From assembly GCA_973895155.1 (NCBI GenBank), contig OZ316898.1, forward strand, positions 13,918,330 through 13,982,329: a stretch of DNA of 64,000 nucleotides. The letters run 5' to 3'. Shown here piece by piece: positions 50,035 through 64,000 of the stretch (the stretch's first letter is position 1; each line of letters opens with the position of its first letter). Source of the stretch: Marsupella aquatica (Eukaryota > Plantae > Marchantiophyta). The notes beneath the pieces are model-generated. The model was not told the DNA's origin and ran no database searches. It saw only the letters and a list, made by a program, of their open reading frames with translations. A program made the position numbers and the translations under genes.

Positions 50035-50309
50035 TGGAGTTTTACTTCCATGAAATTGGCACATCATGTTTGAGATCATGTGCGACGAAATATATGGTCC
50101 TTTTGGTGATTCTAAGGGAATACTTAATAATTTTATGTGAAGAACATTAGTGTCTTTTAAATCCAATTTTGAGACTTATAAGAACACTAGTGTCTTTTTA
50201 GTCAAAATTTACCAATTTTATAGGGGTTAAAAATTACATTTTTAACTCACAGTTTAAGGGGGTCTGAGACCTAAAAATGTCACAGGTGAAGAGAAGGCTT
50301 TGAGACCCC
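50035..50309. mobile_element. MITE-like dispersed repeat, copy 3 (degenerate)
   Basis: Shares GTCTTTTAAATCCAATTTTGAGACTTATAAGAA and the ...TGAGACCCC end. Confidence 0.55.
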
Positions 50310-50873
50310 TGAGCTCTTTTGAAGCTACTCCCAATTCTCCTTCAAAACATAATAAGTACAAGTTAGTGATGTACCTGATCAACTTGACCACGATGAATAG
50401 GGAGGGTAAGGGTCTACTGCAGACAATCATGAGCATAGACCAATAGGAGATCTCAATAGGATGCGCCAAGACAAGTTGCATGATTTGTAACAAGTACTAA
50501 ATTAATGAACTAATGAACACAATGCATGTGTGATGTGACTATAAGGCCAAGGTCTAAATAATGTACCTAGAATGATAGGCTGCAATGGGATCATGGATAG
50601 CACAAAGCCAAGCACAAAGCCTACTCCACACCTGTTGGGATGTTTCCAAAGATCAAGGAAGGAGCGGGAGCAAACAGGAAATCAATGAAAGGGCTTATGG
50701 CTGGGACTGCGCCTCCTGACAATGATGACACATGCCCTCCCTGCGGTAATGAGGGAGAGACAGACGAACCCAACCACAATTGGGACAGGTTTGTTGGTTC
50801 CTCCTAGGAGGAACTTGTAAAGCAAGATGTAAGGGTGGAACAACCCTAGTCAGATGAAGATGTCTGCCAATGA

Positions 50874-51169
50874 TGTTAGGTATTGCTCTTAGTCTTGTGA
50901 CTCTATAGCTAACTGCAGTTAGTCTAACTCAGGTTAAGACTTAACTAAGGTAAGCGGTAATGATGTTACAGTGTATATAGCCAGGGCTGGTGCCAGTCCC
51001 TGGTGGATCTTCAGTTCATTGTTGGAGTTGGACAAGAGAGAAGTAAAGGTCTCTTGCTTTCCCGTGGACGTAGCCTCGGTCATGAGGTGAACCACGTACT
51101 TGATGTGTCGACTACTTTGTATGGTGTTCACATGTGCATGGTGTCTCGGGATAGGGATTATCCTCAACA
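50874..51169 (+). mobile_element. Solo LTR (296 bp), Copia-like
   Basis: TGTTAG...TCAACA; TSD AATGA (50869-50873, 51170-51174); CCCGTGGACGTAGCC...GAACCACGTA motif. Confidence 0.85.
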
Positions 51170-51680
51170 AATGAGGCTGTATACATTGGGTGTGATTGGT
51201 GCGGGGACTGGTGTGAAGAGGAAGCAAAAGAAGGTCCTGATCATTGGTGTGATGGGTGATAGATCCAGGGGACTGAAAGTAGGATTGGGGATGAAGGGCG
51301 GTGAGTCCCCGGTGAAAATAAATCGTGCATAGGTCCATCTCGAATTGGAGAAAGATCTGGTGAAGGACACATTGGACATGAAAATTTTGTGAACAAGACA
51401 GATGTGGTTAACCCAGGGTTCAAATTATGAGTTTACATTAAATAATCTCTTCCTTCAATTTGTTTGATAACACTAAATTCCTGAGTGAAAGCAATTACCC
51501 ACACCTGCCCATGGTGAACAGCGTACTAACCGTAAAAGGTGGAGCCCAAGTTCATTCCTAGCAAAACTGAATGGTGTTCTCTGTATAACGAGAGTGATGT
51601 GTACCCGTAGCTCTCATATAGGCAGTTGTGGTTTAATAAGAAAGCAAGTTCTAACTGAGAAATCAACTGACTGCTCTACT

Positions 51681-52038
51681 TGTTGAGCATAGACGACACT
51701 CGCAACGGTAAACCGAACGGTAAGCACATGACACATCCAACGCGCAAGTAGTCGACATAAGAGATACGTGGTTCACCTCCTCAAGGCTACGTCCACGGGA
51801 ACACACAAAAGAGCTTTACTGAACTCTAAGCCCGTCGGCTAAACCAAGTCTCGACAGTCATATAAGCTCTCATCATCTCTCAAGTGGCTCCGTAACAATG
51901 AGCCTAAGTTCCACTTATCCAAGCAAACACCGCTTGGCATATAGTGTGCATCCTAGTTAACCTAACCACGTCTCCGACTATAGTTAGTCTAATTACGATT
52001 ACATGTCATAACCCTAGACCTTGAGTAAATACCTAATA
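51681..52038 (-). mobile_element. Solo LTR (358 bp), related family, inverted
   Basis: TGTTGA...CCTAATA (one terminal substitution); TSD CTACT (51676-51680, 52039-52043); inverted copy of the CCCGTGGACGTAGCC motif. Confidence 0.8.
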
Positions 52039-52043
52039 CTACT

Positions 52044-53760
52044 TAATAGTGGTGGACCTTACCACCCAGTGCCCTCACCAATTCCAGCACTCACGCCTAA
52101 GTGCCCTTGGTGCCCGAACACCTCCATGGAATACCTTGAGCAAGCAACCTAGTGCCCCTTGCACCGCCAGCGGCCCCTCCCATACGAAGCCGCACTTACT
52201 CTCTAACACGACCGCTACTCAACAGTCCTCCTTATCTGCACAAGCAACCAAGCACCGCGGTAAGTAACCCTTCAGGATCTAGAACCCGCCAAGTCTAGCA
52301 TCCTAACTCAAGCTCAACAGACGTTGGTAAATAGGTCAGCGATAGGTCCTCCCGATGCCATAAGCCGGAACCAGAACCCACGCCCACTGTTCGTCCAGAA
52401 CAGCTCCTTCCTCGGGCACGGCCCGAGATCCCCCTTGTACCTATCCATCACCAACTAACCGCCCTGACCTCAGGACATGCTCATGGCCCAAATAGCGTAG
52501 CTTGTCCTAAAGCTTGTCCCAAGCTTGTCCCAACACGTCGGGACCAGAACGGCCCCGACTCTAGCAACCACTCCCGGCTTGCCTCACTGATGGTCTAGGG
52601 GCCGAGCACCCTTGGAACTCATCCTCCACACCTACTCGGCCTTGCCTCCCCAACGCAAGCTCCCTTGGGAGACTGAACGCGGTTTGGCTGCTGTTCGGCA
52701 GGATTTGGCAAGCGGGCGACCCTGGGCCCTCACTCCGTGTAAAAGAAGTGGACCCTCTGCAATCGGGCCCTTTTTGTGTTTACCCCTTGTTATTTCCATT
52801 TTACCATTAAAAGTTCCCTTATTACCAGTAATAATTATAATTATTAGTTCAAAACAAATAAAAACTACCCTTCAAGCGTTCGCACGTCCTCCATGTGTTA
52901 GTTAAGACTGAGGGCCCAAGGGTGAGCGAGCTAACACCAGCAAACCATGAGAACCCATGGCACCCCAAGACCCAGCTGAGCCCAGCAGGGCGTAGCCCTC
53001 CTCAAGAGCTTTCCAACGCACCCAAGAAGTCCTCCAACGGACTTCCCGTTGGGAAGATATCGCCATTTCCGTTTGGCGGTTTCCTTTAGTGTCGCGACCA
53101 TCGCGGCTCACGACTTCGGCTCGCCCTTAGCCCCCAGAGAGACACCACTTCCCTCATATATGCTTCTGGAGACCTGTCACCCCTGGACCAACTTTGGTCC
53201 CTAAACATTTGGCCCCCAACCCGGATCCCATTGCGCATAATCGATGCACTATCAACTGGCAACGCCCATAACTTTCTTGATAGGCATCCACAAGTGGAGT
53301 GCCTTAGCCCGTTGTGACCGGGCCGACCTAGTGCTCATGCCTAGGCCCTCAGGTCTGATCGCCGCTTGGGGCCCCCGACCGGCCCAACCCGGATCGGGCC
53401 ACAACTTGCGCCCCAAGCGTCCGTTGCCAATGGCTTCAATTCCATTGGCCCTGGGCCCAAGAGGAGCTCACACTCAAGCCCTCAGAACCCAAAGTCCATC
53501 CGGAGGTCCGGACGACCATCCTTGAGCCCGGCCCATTTCCCCTTGACCCGACCAGCTATCCGCTAGTCAAAGTCCTTAGTGTGTGTCCCCAGCTTGGCCC
53601 CTTGCCTCGCTAGTGCCACGTCTCATTGCCCACGAGTCTCCCCATGCTAAGTTTTCCCTGGATGGCCTATCCGGGCCTGGACCATAAGGGAGCTCGGCGT
53701 TGGAGTCAGCGACGTCGGAGCTAAGTGTTAAGGTAGTCGAGTTCCGCGACTTTAATTTAA
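52044..53760. mobile_element. GC-rich degenerate LTR-like sequence
   Basis: Sharp compositional shift, short internal repeats and no long ORF; ends and TSD not found. Confidence 0.35.
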
Positions 53761-56469
53761 TACCTAAATAGGCTCACTATCTTAATGTCCAAAATTATTA
53801 GACGTGAGTATGCTTGATAGGTCTTGAGTCCGTATTATGAGATCATTTACCCATATTAATAGTGCCATTAGCAAGCCAACCTATGAATGAATGCCTCTCG
53901 TGTTCACCCAAGTAAAAACCATCTAAGGGAATTGCTGAATCTCTCCAGTTTCCAATTGGTTTAATTTCCGAAAGCACAAGAATAAGAGTTTGGGAGAAAA
54001 ACCTTCTAGAAGAAACAGCGTGTCAGGCTTCACGATTGTAAACGCCATCTACTTTTCCCAAGACGGTTTCCAGGGACCACCACTAGCTCCCAAATCATTG
54101 AAAATATGGACAAATTTTTGAAAGAGCACAATTCGAAAAGAAAATAGTGTTTTGAAAGAACGAATCATTCTAGAAACCTTCTGGGCCCTTCGTTAGCTTT
54201 TATGTTTAAATTAGTTTCTCAAGGTCTCGATTGTCTCACGTAGGTTTATTAAAAACTATCCCCAAGCCCGACGAACAAAGCTTTATGATTATACATGAGG
54301 AGCTCTTGCCCGGCCACCGAATGACAGACCTTCACTTCTGATGATTGGACGTGTTGAGTATTGGGTAGCTTTGCATTCGGACCCTGTTTCCCGGTTTGGC
54401 GTTTTTGTTCTTTTGCACTACTATATTTTATTTTTATTTTTTATTTTTATTATTTTTTTGCACTACTATATATGGGTTGAGCAAAAGTTTGGAAGATGGA
54501 ATAGAAAGAGAATCATTCTAGAACAAGTCACATTGTTCAACTAGAAACTGGGTTTACCGACTTGCCCTTCCTTCAGCGAAGCCATGGATGGAAAGCAAAC
54601 ACCGACACTGCTCATGATCAGGCTCATGATCTGCTCAACGGTATCAAGGCGGATCTTAGATACTGACAAACTTTCAAGGACAATGCATAAGATCCACGCA
54701 ACCCCCTTCGGATTACCCTTCCATTAGCGAACCCATGGATGAAAAGCAAATACAGTCCACTGCTTATCCAGATGTTCAACGGTATCCAGGCTGACATAAC
54801 ATGTTTTGACGGAGAAATTTTCAACATTTTCTCCCTCTAGTGATTCGATGAATGATGCATTCTGTAATAACTAATAAGATGAAAGACTAGAATTGACACT
54901 GCGAGCCAAACGAGGCACGACGATGATTGACTCCGGCTATTACCAGCTGTAGATAGGTAAAGTAAGTCTTGCTCCGGAGGTCCACCACGATCCCCGGCAC
55001 GATCGTCAACCTTGACTTCAATGTCAAAGGCTGCAAATCATCTAATGACAGCTTCCATTCGAATTCTTCTTCTGGTTATCGTGCGAGCATACGCTCTAAA
55101 GTTATGTGGAAAATGCTATGGAAAGTACTAGAGGTGCCTTGCAAACAATCAGGCAGATTCAAAACTGGAAAGCTGATGTAATGAACTCAATTGTGTCACA
55201 CTTCGCGTGCAATGGCTGTGAACAGTCTAGGAAAAAAAAAGTTGCAGTTGCATCATAGAATATAAGAGGACATAGCTGAAAGCTACAATCGAAAGTTAGA
55301 AGACGATGCGTGGTTATAATTCTAAACAAGCATCTCTAACACACAAATTAGGTCAAGAAGGTTACTAATTATATCAGGTATTGTGTAAATAAATTTGCTA
55401 GATATACCTCAAGTCTTCCTTTGCTTGCTAGATTTGTCATCGTCAAATTTCATCACAAAATTGCAATGGCGTACCCAATATGACAACCATTGTAAATGAC
55501 GTAAACAGCAAAGCATTTATGATTGCGACCCCGAGTGCGACTGGGACCACTTTGGCTGCCGAACGTATTCCCAGTTCAGTTTTTGTCGGGCGCAGTCTGT
55601 CTGGTTTAGGCTGTGCATTTTCCGTTCAGTTCTTTCAATCTCTTTTTCTAACGAAAACGCTGTCAGTAGGTATTACAGTATCTCCGATATCTCTGTCTAC
55701 TGTGTAGCACAATTGGCTATTGTGCGTCCTTTGTGCTTCGTACAGAGAGCGCATGAACACCCTGGAATGTATGATATCTGAAACATATCAAGGGATTACA
55801 GTCCAAACATTTGTCCATCGGAACTGTAGTTGTAAAGTTCACAGTAGCAGCTTTGTGAAATTACGCACGAAGCCAATCTACAGTGACTTACTTGAACGTT
55901 GGTTGCACGTTTTGCATCTATATGCCCTTTCAATGTAGAGAACTAACCACAGGATTAGATGTTGGACAACCCACTATGGTGCCCACCAAGCCTGTGACCC
56001 ATCAGACCAGTCGGACCACCATCGAATACAATCTGGATGGTAACCACAGTATCCTTCTTTGGTTATCAACCCTGGAGCCGATCCCAATATCCCATTGCAA
56101 TTTCAGTCCAACTTAACAGGCATGAGACTCTAAATTGATAATTAGGGGATCATGGGAGTGGATTACGACTAGTCTAGATTCTAGAACCTAGCAGAGTCAA
56201 AAGAACTGGTTTTTAATTCTTACCTTTAGCAAAGCCACAAAAAAGGAGCCGTCCAATGATTGCATACCTAAAAACTTTACTGAGTTGTGGAACACGAGAG
56301 AAATTCCTGCAAAGAGTTAGTTTCAAAAACGTTTTTCAAAACTCAATTGAAAAGCTTATTGGAATGTCCAGGTATGACAAAGATTGTATAAAACCTGCCT
56401 CGGGATTTGTGGACAACGTCCTGTCAAATTCCTGGTTTCGAAAAGTAACTCAAATGCTTGTTGCTGTTT

Positions 56470-56471
56470 TA

Positions 56472-56502
<31 letters not shown>

Positions 56503-56521
56503 TTATTTATATATATATATA
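56470..56521. repeat. (AT)n-rich microsatellite
   Basis: Interrupted AT/TA run. Confidence 0.85.
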
Positions 56522-57902
56522 AACTAGCTTCAAGCAAACTTGGCGGCCATGTGTCTTTTCTATACTTTAGAAATAAGGAGCTGCAATAGAAGACTCAACT
56601 TTACTATGCAGGACATCCCCAGTCCATCTCTGCGAAGAGAATATAGTTGCATTATTAAATCTATGGTAGGAATCCGAATTTAGTACTTTGCATGCAGTGA
56701 CAGAAGGCTTATTTAACTAAAACAAAGAAATCTCAACATGGCATGTGCCAGAAGGCTAGGAAGAAATCTCAACATGGCCTACACGTCGTTCAGGGCAGGG
56801 TGGCCACAAATGAACGAGTGAGAGGGAGTAGTTTGAGGTGGTTCCATGCAGCAGAGTCAACTTTGAGGATTTATGTTTGATCCCACTTCACAGACCGCTC
56901 ATTTATTTACGGGTGTTCATGCGGGTCCCCCATGATTCTTCTGAAGCACCTTCCTAGCTTGATTCTGCGTGTTACACTAAACAAGTTAAGATGAAGTCAT
57001 TGCACCAAGCCACCAACGTTACCTACCTGGAACACAATCTTATAAGTTCTATTTTGAGTTTTAAATACAGTGTAGACTAAACCCAACCAGGGTCAAATAT
57101 TCAGGTCTAGGAAAACCCCTCTTGATAGACTTATAAATAAAAAAGCAATACCAAGGCCCAGGGGAACCTAACTTGCTGAAGAACAAGGAGTCCAAGGCAG
57201 GCTATGAACCTCTGCATGCTGCTCAAGGAGGGCAGCAAGGATGAAACTAAAACCCAATGTTCTCAAAGAAGTCTAGGAAGCAGAGTTGAGATCCAGTCTT
57301 TAAATTATACTGTAAGTACCACATGTTTACCCAAGATTTTGGAAACCAACGACGTACTGGAAGTTTTGAACAAAATTTGCCAGGCACCTTCTTTAATTAT
57401 TCTTTAACACCCTACTTGCAGGCTCCAAATGTTCTCTAGACATACATTGATTGATGAAGACACTCAGATACATTGAGATTGAATTATCTTCATAGTAAAA
57501 TTTCCAGACCCCATGAGGGCGTTTTTGAGTTCCTCTAGCAAGAAAGACCCCAGAGAGTTTTCATCTAGCTGCAGCATAGCTCACCTAGGTCAAGTTCATG
57601 TTGCAAAATTGAATCAAACAAAAAAATTGACCACACTTGAGTTCCTTGTCAACTTTGTTTGTAATCATTGTCAGGGATTTACAATATTGGATTGGAAAAC
57701 TGGACCACTTGTGTCTACATTATTTGGAGTAACATGTTAGGCATTTACCCTAGAGTTACTATGTAACCACAGTTAGTCAAGTTGTAGTCAGGTGATTGGT
57801 TACGGTTAGATGATTGTGCAACTACTACTTACACTGTTGAGCAGGATTGAGTTAGTTGGGGGGGGGGGGGACTTAGGCCCATTGTTATGAAGCAAGCCTC
57901 AA

Positions 57903-58190
57903 GGGTTTCACTTCCATAGAATCGGCACATCACATCACCTGCAACAAAGAATATGGTAGTTTTATTGGTTTTAAGGGAAAACTTAGAAATTTTTGTAGAA
58001 GAACTTTAGGGTCTTTTAAATCCAATTTGGAGTCTTGTAATACATTAGGGTCCCTTTAATCAAATTTTTTTGAATATTCCAAGAATATTCTAACTTTATA
58101 GGGTTTTAATCAATTCTGACATTTTAAAGGTGCAGGCTGGGCTTAAAAATGTCGCTGGTGATGGGGGGGCCTCTATGTAGTGAGACCCCC
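57903..58190. mobile_element. MITE-like dispersed repeat, copy 4
   Basis: GGGTTTCACT...AGTGAGACCCCC; interior matches copy 2. Confidence 0.65.
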
Positions 58191-59996
58191 AAGGAAGCAA
58201 GCCGGGAAATTGGAAGAGCTGAGTTTATGCAGACTCAATAATTATAGTTGATGGGCTTAGAGTTGGTAAAGTGCTGCCTAAGCTTGTGTGTTTTTGTGCT
58301 TGGATGTAACCTCTATGAGGTGAACCACATATATTCTATCTTGACTACAATCTTGTGTATTCGATGGATGTTGCTTATGTGCAGGTATGTTGTCTCATGA
58401 ATAATGGGAACTGTACTCAGCAATAACGTACTTGATATTGTTTAGGCTATGAACTTGGGGAGCTATGAACTTGGGGGGCACTAAGTACATGCATCCCCCA
58501 GGGCACCTCCATCACTTGCAACCCTTATTGAGTCAATCATGTGGCATTTTCACCTTTTGAATCCTATACTTATATACACTCTTTACTTGTCAGTCCTCTT
58601 CATTTGGCTCTTCACAAGCCTCTTCAAAGTGGAACAAAATCATCCTCTGGTTGTTTGCACGTCATTGACCATGGTGTGGAAGTGAGTGGAAGTGAGACCC
58701 CTGAAGCTGTGAGAGTTGGTGATATCCGAGGTGGAAGTAAAGGAAATTGAGGGTTGAAACCTTAAACCCTAAACACTTTCAATTTGGAGGTGGAGTGAGG
58801 TGCGTCCCTACTGTGTGTCCACAAAAATTCCTAAGTCTTTCACTAATCCAATATAAAAAACCTACTTATTTGTGTTTTAGGGTTGGAAAGAACTGAGAAC
58901 CCCCATGCATGACTACTAAAGTTAGAATTTAGCCCATCATTTGGAGGCTCCTGTTCAGTCTTTGACCTCTATCCATCCAATTGAAAGTGAAATGTTGGCA
59001 TACCTAGATTCAAAATCCCAAGCATATCTGGGATCTTGTGACATGTGATAGAATCTATGATGTAGAATGAGGGGAATACAGGCCAGTGTATAGGTACTTC
59101 GCCAGGGTATCATTGCATCCAAATATGGCAATCAGGATTCTAACATAAGGACTGGCTGCCATTTATATTGAGTAATTCTTCCAGAATCAGTCCCTATATG
59201 AGCCTTTTTACAATTGCAGGCCAACAATGGAGTTTCTCCCACTGTAGGTTTGCATTTTTTAAACTGCTACAAGACCTTTTCTAGGCTACACTGTTGAAGG
59301 AGGCTAGTTGGGAAAGTTTGAAGCATTCACCGCTCAGCAACTAACTGTACTTGCATCAATAGACCACCACTGTCGAAAGTAACTTGCCATTCCACCTTCA
59401 TGGTCCCACAATAAACTTAAAAACACAATAATTTCGATCTCTGTCTCGTCCTTGCTTGTTCCATCCAGAGGGACAGGTTTATTGTACTCCTGGCTTCTAT
59501 GAGACCATTTAATTCAAGGGCCTCTGCTCAGTTTCCCCCCACCCCCCAAAAAACAACGATAATTGGGACCACCTTTGCTGTCTTGGCTCAAACAATAAAT
59601 TGTGCCAAAGACGTGCCAAAGACATTTTAGACTCCCTTGATAACTGCAAGCGAGCTTCTCTGCAGTCAATTTTTTCCAGGCAATTGTCCAAACCTTACAT
59701 GAAAATTGCTCTCGAGACCTGCACCAAAACAAAATTACCTAAAGTTGCCAATAACTTATCTCGACGAGTCCTGTGACCAAACTGACTGTCACAGTTGGCT
59801 GAACAAAATGTGTACAATATATTTTCAATAATTTCTAGTTAAACCACACTGGCCATATGTAAGGGCGAAGTCCACAACTTCTCCTTTTTTTCACATTTCA
59901 CTTTGTTCAGGCGATAAGACAGTTAATTTCCAGATCTAACCATCCTCATTAGATTTAGGAAAATCTAACAGCTCACATGGAAGCGGCCAAAAGGTC

Positions 59997-60770
59997 ATGA
60001 CACAATCTATTTCCCAGGAGGGAGGACTGGGTCAGGCACACTCCTTTCCTGAAATGATAACAAACATGGGTGGTCCATTGCCAACACCTACTGTACCACC
60101 TACGATACTTTTGCTGGAGGGAACCTTGCGCACCAGACATCGAAGCTTCTTGCCTGGCGATCAGGAAATCGCTGCTGCCATCGAATGATCAACCTTCGTT
60201 CGTCAACATAAAGTTAGTAACACACTACTGTACAGTACAGGATAAGTTTACTCAAGGAAGAACACAAAGGGCGACACGACTCCCAACCCTGAAGAACAAA
60301 ACCCTTTTTTTCATTTCGATTGGCAGCAAGCATTACAATAGAAAGGTCGCAGACTTCCAGTATCCAGACTCATCACGGGTGTTCGTAAAGTCCGTTACAA
60401 GCGCAATCGCATGTATAACACGATTCGAATTCGGCCCTGTTTTTGCGGATCAGCGGATTCCATGGATGGGATGAGAGCATACCGCTCTAACCATTCGACA
60501 ATTCCTCTGCCCAGTAAGTACAGTCCCGTGGCAGATGAGCCTGCCTTGGAGAACAAAGTAAAGCAGATTGGAGAGAAGCTTCGTACTTACCTTCTCGAAG
60601 GTTGACTTGTGCCGTCACTCGCAAGGCATAATTCTCACGAGCTGCACAGAAAGCGCGAATTAATGGTGATTGTCGGATCGACAGTAGTACCGTATAATGC
60701 TGCCTTCTATTCAGTATTAATGGATATCTGGAAGAAATTGGAAAGTGGAAACCAGCTAAACATAACCCAG
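59997..60770 (+). pseudogene. Unidentified disrupted coding fragment
   Basis: Consecutive protein-like frames split by TGA stops and a frameshift, ending at a CAG/GTGAGT donor; family not recognised. Confidence 0.3.
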
Positions 60771-63700
60771 GTGAGTTCATATTTGAGCAGTGATCATCTC
60801 TAATTTTATCTGTTTTTGTTTGGAAAGGCAAACTAGAAATTAAACTCAGATGGACTAGCAAAGTTGTGGTTGATTGCTGGAGTGCTGGGTGTGTGCTAGG
60901 TGTACACCAAGTGTAAGGTAAAGGTCTCCCCATGAGGTCATTGTCCCAAAATAAAAGCACGTGGGCTTTGAACCCAAGAGATTTCCAATTTAGAAATTGT
61001 AGCTGACAGGGGGCTAACTTTAACTTATCTGGAGATTTTAGTGGTGAGATAGTAGAAGCATGCCTTGGACAATCTGCCAAGGGAAATCTTACGATTGACG
61101 AATCTCTCTTCAGCATAAAATTTCTCTATGTGAATGTTGCTTTGCTAATAAGGTATAGAAATCCAGAGGGCTTGAAGATTTCTTGAAGAACCTTTGCCAT
61201 CCAGTCAGAGTAAATAACTGGAACGTATCTATTTTCAGAGAACAAACTTTTTTTTCTTTCAATCTTGAACGGAATACTTTACTTATATGTCAAGTAAAAC
61301 CCAATAAAACCGGGAGTAAAACAAGCCAGACCCCAAATCATGAATGAATGAGCCAAAGTTTGGAGTCTACAATTCTAGTCAAATAAGCCCTTCGTACCAG
61401 CATTTTCTTGGGCCCACTTGCCATGTAGGCTCAGTACACACTAGTCTTGAATGGCCCCCTTCTTGTAAAACTACCTGCACCCATTTTTACTCATGGAACA
61501 GATTTGATCTGAGAGGGGTTTAAAAAACAATATACCTCAACTGAGGATAGTAATTCTTGGGGTAATGTACCGTACCGTACCCCCCTTCTTGGTATGTCCA
61601 AGGCACCACATACCAAGAAGTTTCAAACAATGGAAATTTGGTTACGTTGAGGGCTCCCACCAAGTTTTTTCTTTCCAAAAGCATGAAAAAGTACTCAAGT
61701 AGTCTTGATATATAGGAGCATTTGCCATCCTCGGAAGTTTTACATCCTCGGAGGGCCTGACTCCGGTTTGCTTTGGTGGGAAAAAGTCACAAGTGCCCCT
61801 CATTTGTAAAGTGTGAAAAGTCACAAGTGCCCCTCATTTTGAAAAGCCACCCTGAGTGTGTAGTGTGTTTTGCGCGTGACAGGGCTGACTGTACACGTTC
61901 ATTCGGCAGTATCTACTGTAGGTTTCCAATGTGAAGCCTAACCTCAAAGTTTCATGCATGGAAGACCCAAGTGCAACTTTGGGCTGTGAGAACCAGAGAG
62001 TACTGAACCTTCCATTTGGAGCTGGTCCAAATGGTCTGCGCCTCCGTTGCCTTCACATGTCAAAGCCCTTCACAATGTCAAAGCCCGCAACGTTAGTGGT
62101 TGGGTTTTAAGTATCCATGGCCCTTCTTTATTAGGGCAAGGGGAGTGGGCTGGTGGTCTGCTGCCTCTTTGGGAACACGTTGCCATTTCTACCCAGGCAA
62201 TTGAGAGGCTATTGAGAGGCAAGAGGTGTACTCGTTCCAGTCAAACTATTATTTTGTTTCAATTCGAAAAATTTGAAATTCTGACAACTTCTCGATTGAG
62301 TAATCTTTTTCAGCTTGGATACTGCTAGCCATGATTCAACTTTTTGTGCCATTAGTTTCTTGCTTATAATGACAGACGTCAGAATTTTGAACTGAAACCA
62401 AATAATGCTTTGAAAGAAACAACCAGTTACTAAAGGGGTCTTCACCAGACAATGGGGGCCATTCAGATACATACAGTACAGCTAAAAGGCCCGAATGAGA
62501 TAGGATGATACCATTTTTCTGTGAAGCAGGCTACTGTTACCCTTTGGGAGAAGAATTTTGACTGTGTGATGGAGCAAGGGAGAAAAAGCAAAATGACTGC
62601 TACTTGATTGAGTAGGCAGTGTTTTATATATTCCAGAGAGTACTGAGCCCTTGCTCTTCCCTTCTCCTTCTTGGTGTTCGGCTAGTTCTTCCCTGCCTCT
62701 CTGGCCCGTGGGTTCTCTCCATCCGTCGGGTTCATGCAGAATAAATTGAAAATTTTACAATATAAAAATAAAAAATTCCTGAATGGAAAGTGTTGGGTCT
62801 GCAATGCATTCTCAGAGTACATTCTCATGTCTCTGAACTTCAAATGTCCTGCTCTTTGTGTACTGTTTGGGTAAAATGCTTGCAGTTTGAGCACACTGCC
62901 TAGAACAATTAGCAGAGCCTAATTCCAAAGAAGGGGTCCAAGGTGGGCTGTGTTGCACTTTGGTAGTCCACTATGTACCTCACAGATTTCAACATAACTG
63001 GTAAAATTATGTTGCCAGGTACTTGAATTTTAGAACTTGAATCCAACCTTTACTAGCCAGCAAGAGCAATTGACACCTGGGAAGACCAAAGAACAAAAAT
63101 GAATCATAGTCCTGAACAACAAAGAAATTCAAATCATCCAAAGCCATAATAACCTTTTTTGTATGATTGTAAAGGGTTTAGAATGCCAAAAAACAAGGGC
63201 ACTGCCGCCCAGGACGACAACATGAACAAGCGATTGTGCTTGCTTGAGACCTTGCCCTTGCCTGTTCTGCAACAAGGAACAGAGAAGGAAGGGACTTGGA
63301 GCTGAGACATAGGCAGAGTACCATTGATGGGTCTCTCGGACTTTTTGACTCTTTGGTCTTCCTGAGAAATTTCTTTCATGTTCTCCCCTTTATTAGGTCT
63401 CCTCTCTTTGGGATCTTGTTATCATCACATGGGTGCAGTGTGATAGATACATAACTGTGTAGAGGGGGATCCCTATCAAAGCCAAAAATTAATTTGTTGG
63501 GTTTCAAGAATAACATAAGGCCCAAATATTATTCTTTTCTGATCAGATTTTAATTTAGACACAAATACATACACAGCAATATCACTGTTTACACCTGGAA
63601 GTTTAGAAGATTATTAAAATTTACATGACGATTTACAAGAATCACAAAATATTTTATTAATCGGGCCCAACTTTTCTCATAATAATTAGTTTTTTGCCAT

Positions 63701-63811
63701 AATTGAGATGCCGCTACCGTATTTTTTCTGCAACCCAATGTCAACCGGAACATGTCATACTCTCATTCCTTGGTAGACTTCGATTTTGGCAGAGTTCCTT
63801 TGAACGTGTCT

Positions 63812-63928
63812 GATAATTTGTTTGAGCTAGTCAAGATTGATGGTAAACTCAACCCGACTGATGCATTTACCAAAGTGATTCCTTTGGAGAGTTTCTCTAG
63901 ACACCGTGACGTATTGCAGGTTTTGTAA
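63812..63928 (+). pseudogene. Ty1/Copia RNase H C-terminal remnant
   Basis: Translates as DNLFELVKIDGKLNPTDAFTKVIPLESFSRHRDVLQVL*, matching the Copia KIxxxxNPADxxTK motif. Confidence 0.7.
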
Positions 63929-64000
63929 TTGTATCACAAGTAGAGTTTTCTTAACATTCATTGTAATTACTGATATATGCTCTTCTTCATTCCTATGTAT

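Noticed and set aside
48400-50870. Degenerate Copia internal region on the minus strand
   Set aside because: Only faint integrase- or gag-like hints; too decayed to support without alignment.
61449-62465. 11-bp inverted repeat (TGAATGGCCCC / GGGGCCATTCA) as TIRs
   Set aside because: Short, with no TSD and no second copy; could be chance.

Overview
Eukaryotic, plant-like DNA (GT-AG introns, TTTAGGG motifs; a non-seed land plant such as a bryophyte is a guess). About 1.4-39.9 kb is a nested transposon stack. (1) The outer element is an old Sola-like/DUF7869-type DDE DNA transposon. Its minus-strand transposase (30872-30236 joined to 6102-3051) is transcribed divergently from a large spliced cargo gene (32260-~38600) with ParB-like, N6/N4-DNA-methyltransferase-like and FCP1/NIF HAD-phosphatase-like domains. 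The element carries about 18 copies of a 17-bp palindrome, CTCGAGAnnnTCTCGAG. (2) A Ty3/Gypsy retrotransposon (6108-30235, TSD GGTCG) is inserted in that transposase. Its full-length 4.3-kb 3' LTR encodes a ~600-codon ORF that is deleted from the 5' LTR. (3) A 9.7-kb CACTA element (8613-18300, TSD GTT) sits in gag. It carries an intact SET-domain exon that appears to share its first coding exon with the transposase by alternative splicing. (4) A solo LTR (21967-23859, TSD GCTAC) sits in RT and encodes an RPA1-C-like OB-fold ORF. The rest (40-64 kb) is gene-poor: an SDR pseudogene, two solo LTRs, MITE copies, Copia remnants and an unidentified gene fragment. All domain calls come from reading motifs by eye; no searches were run.
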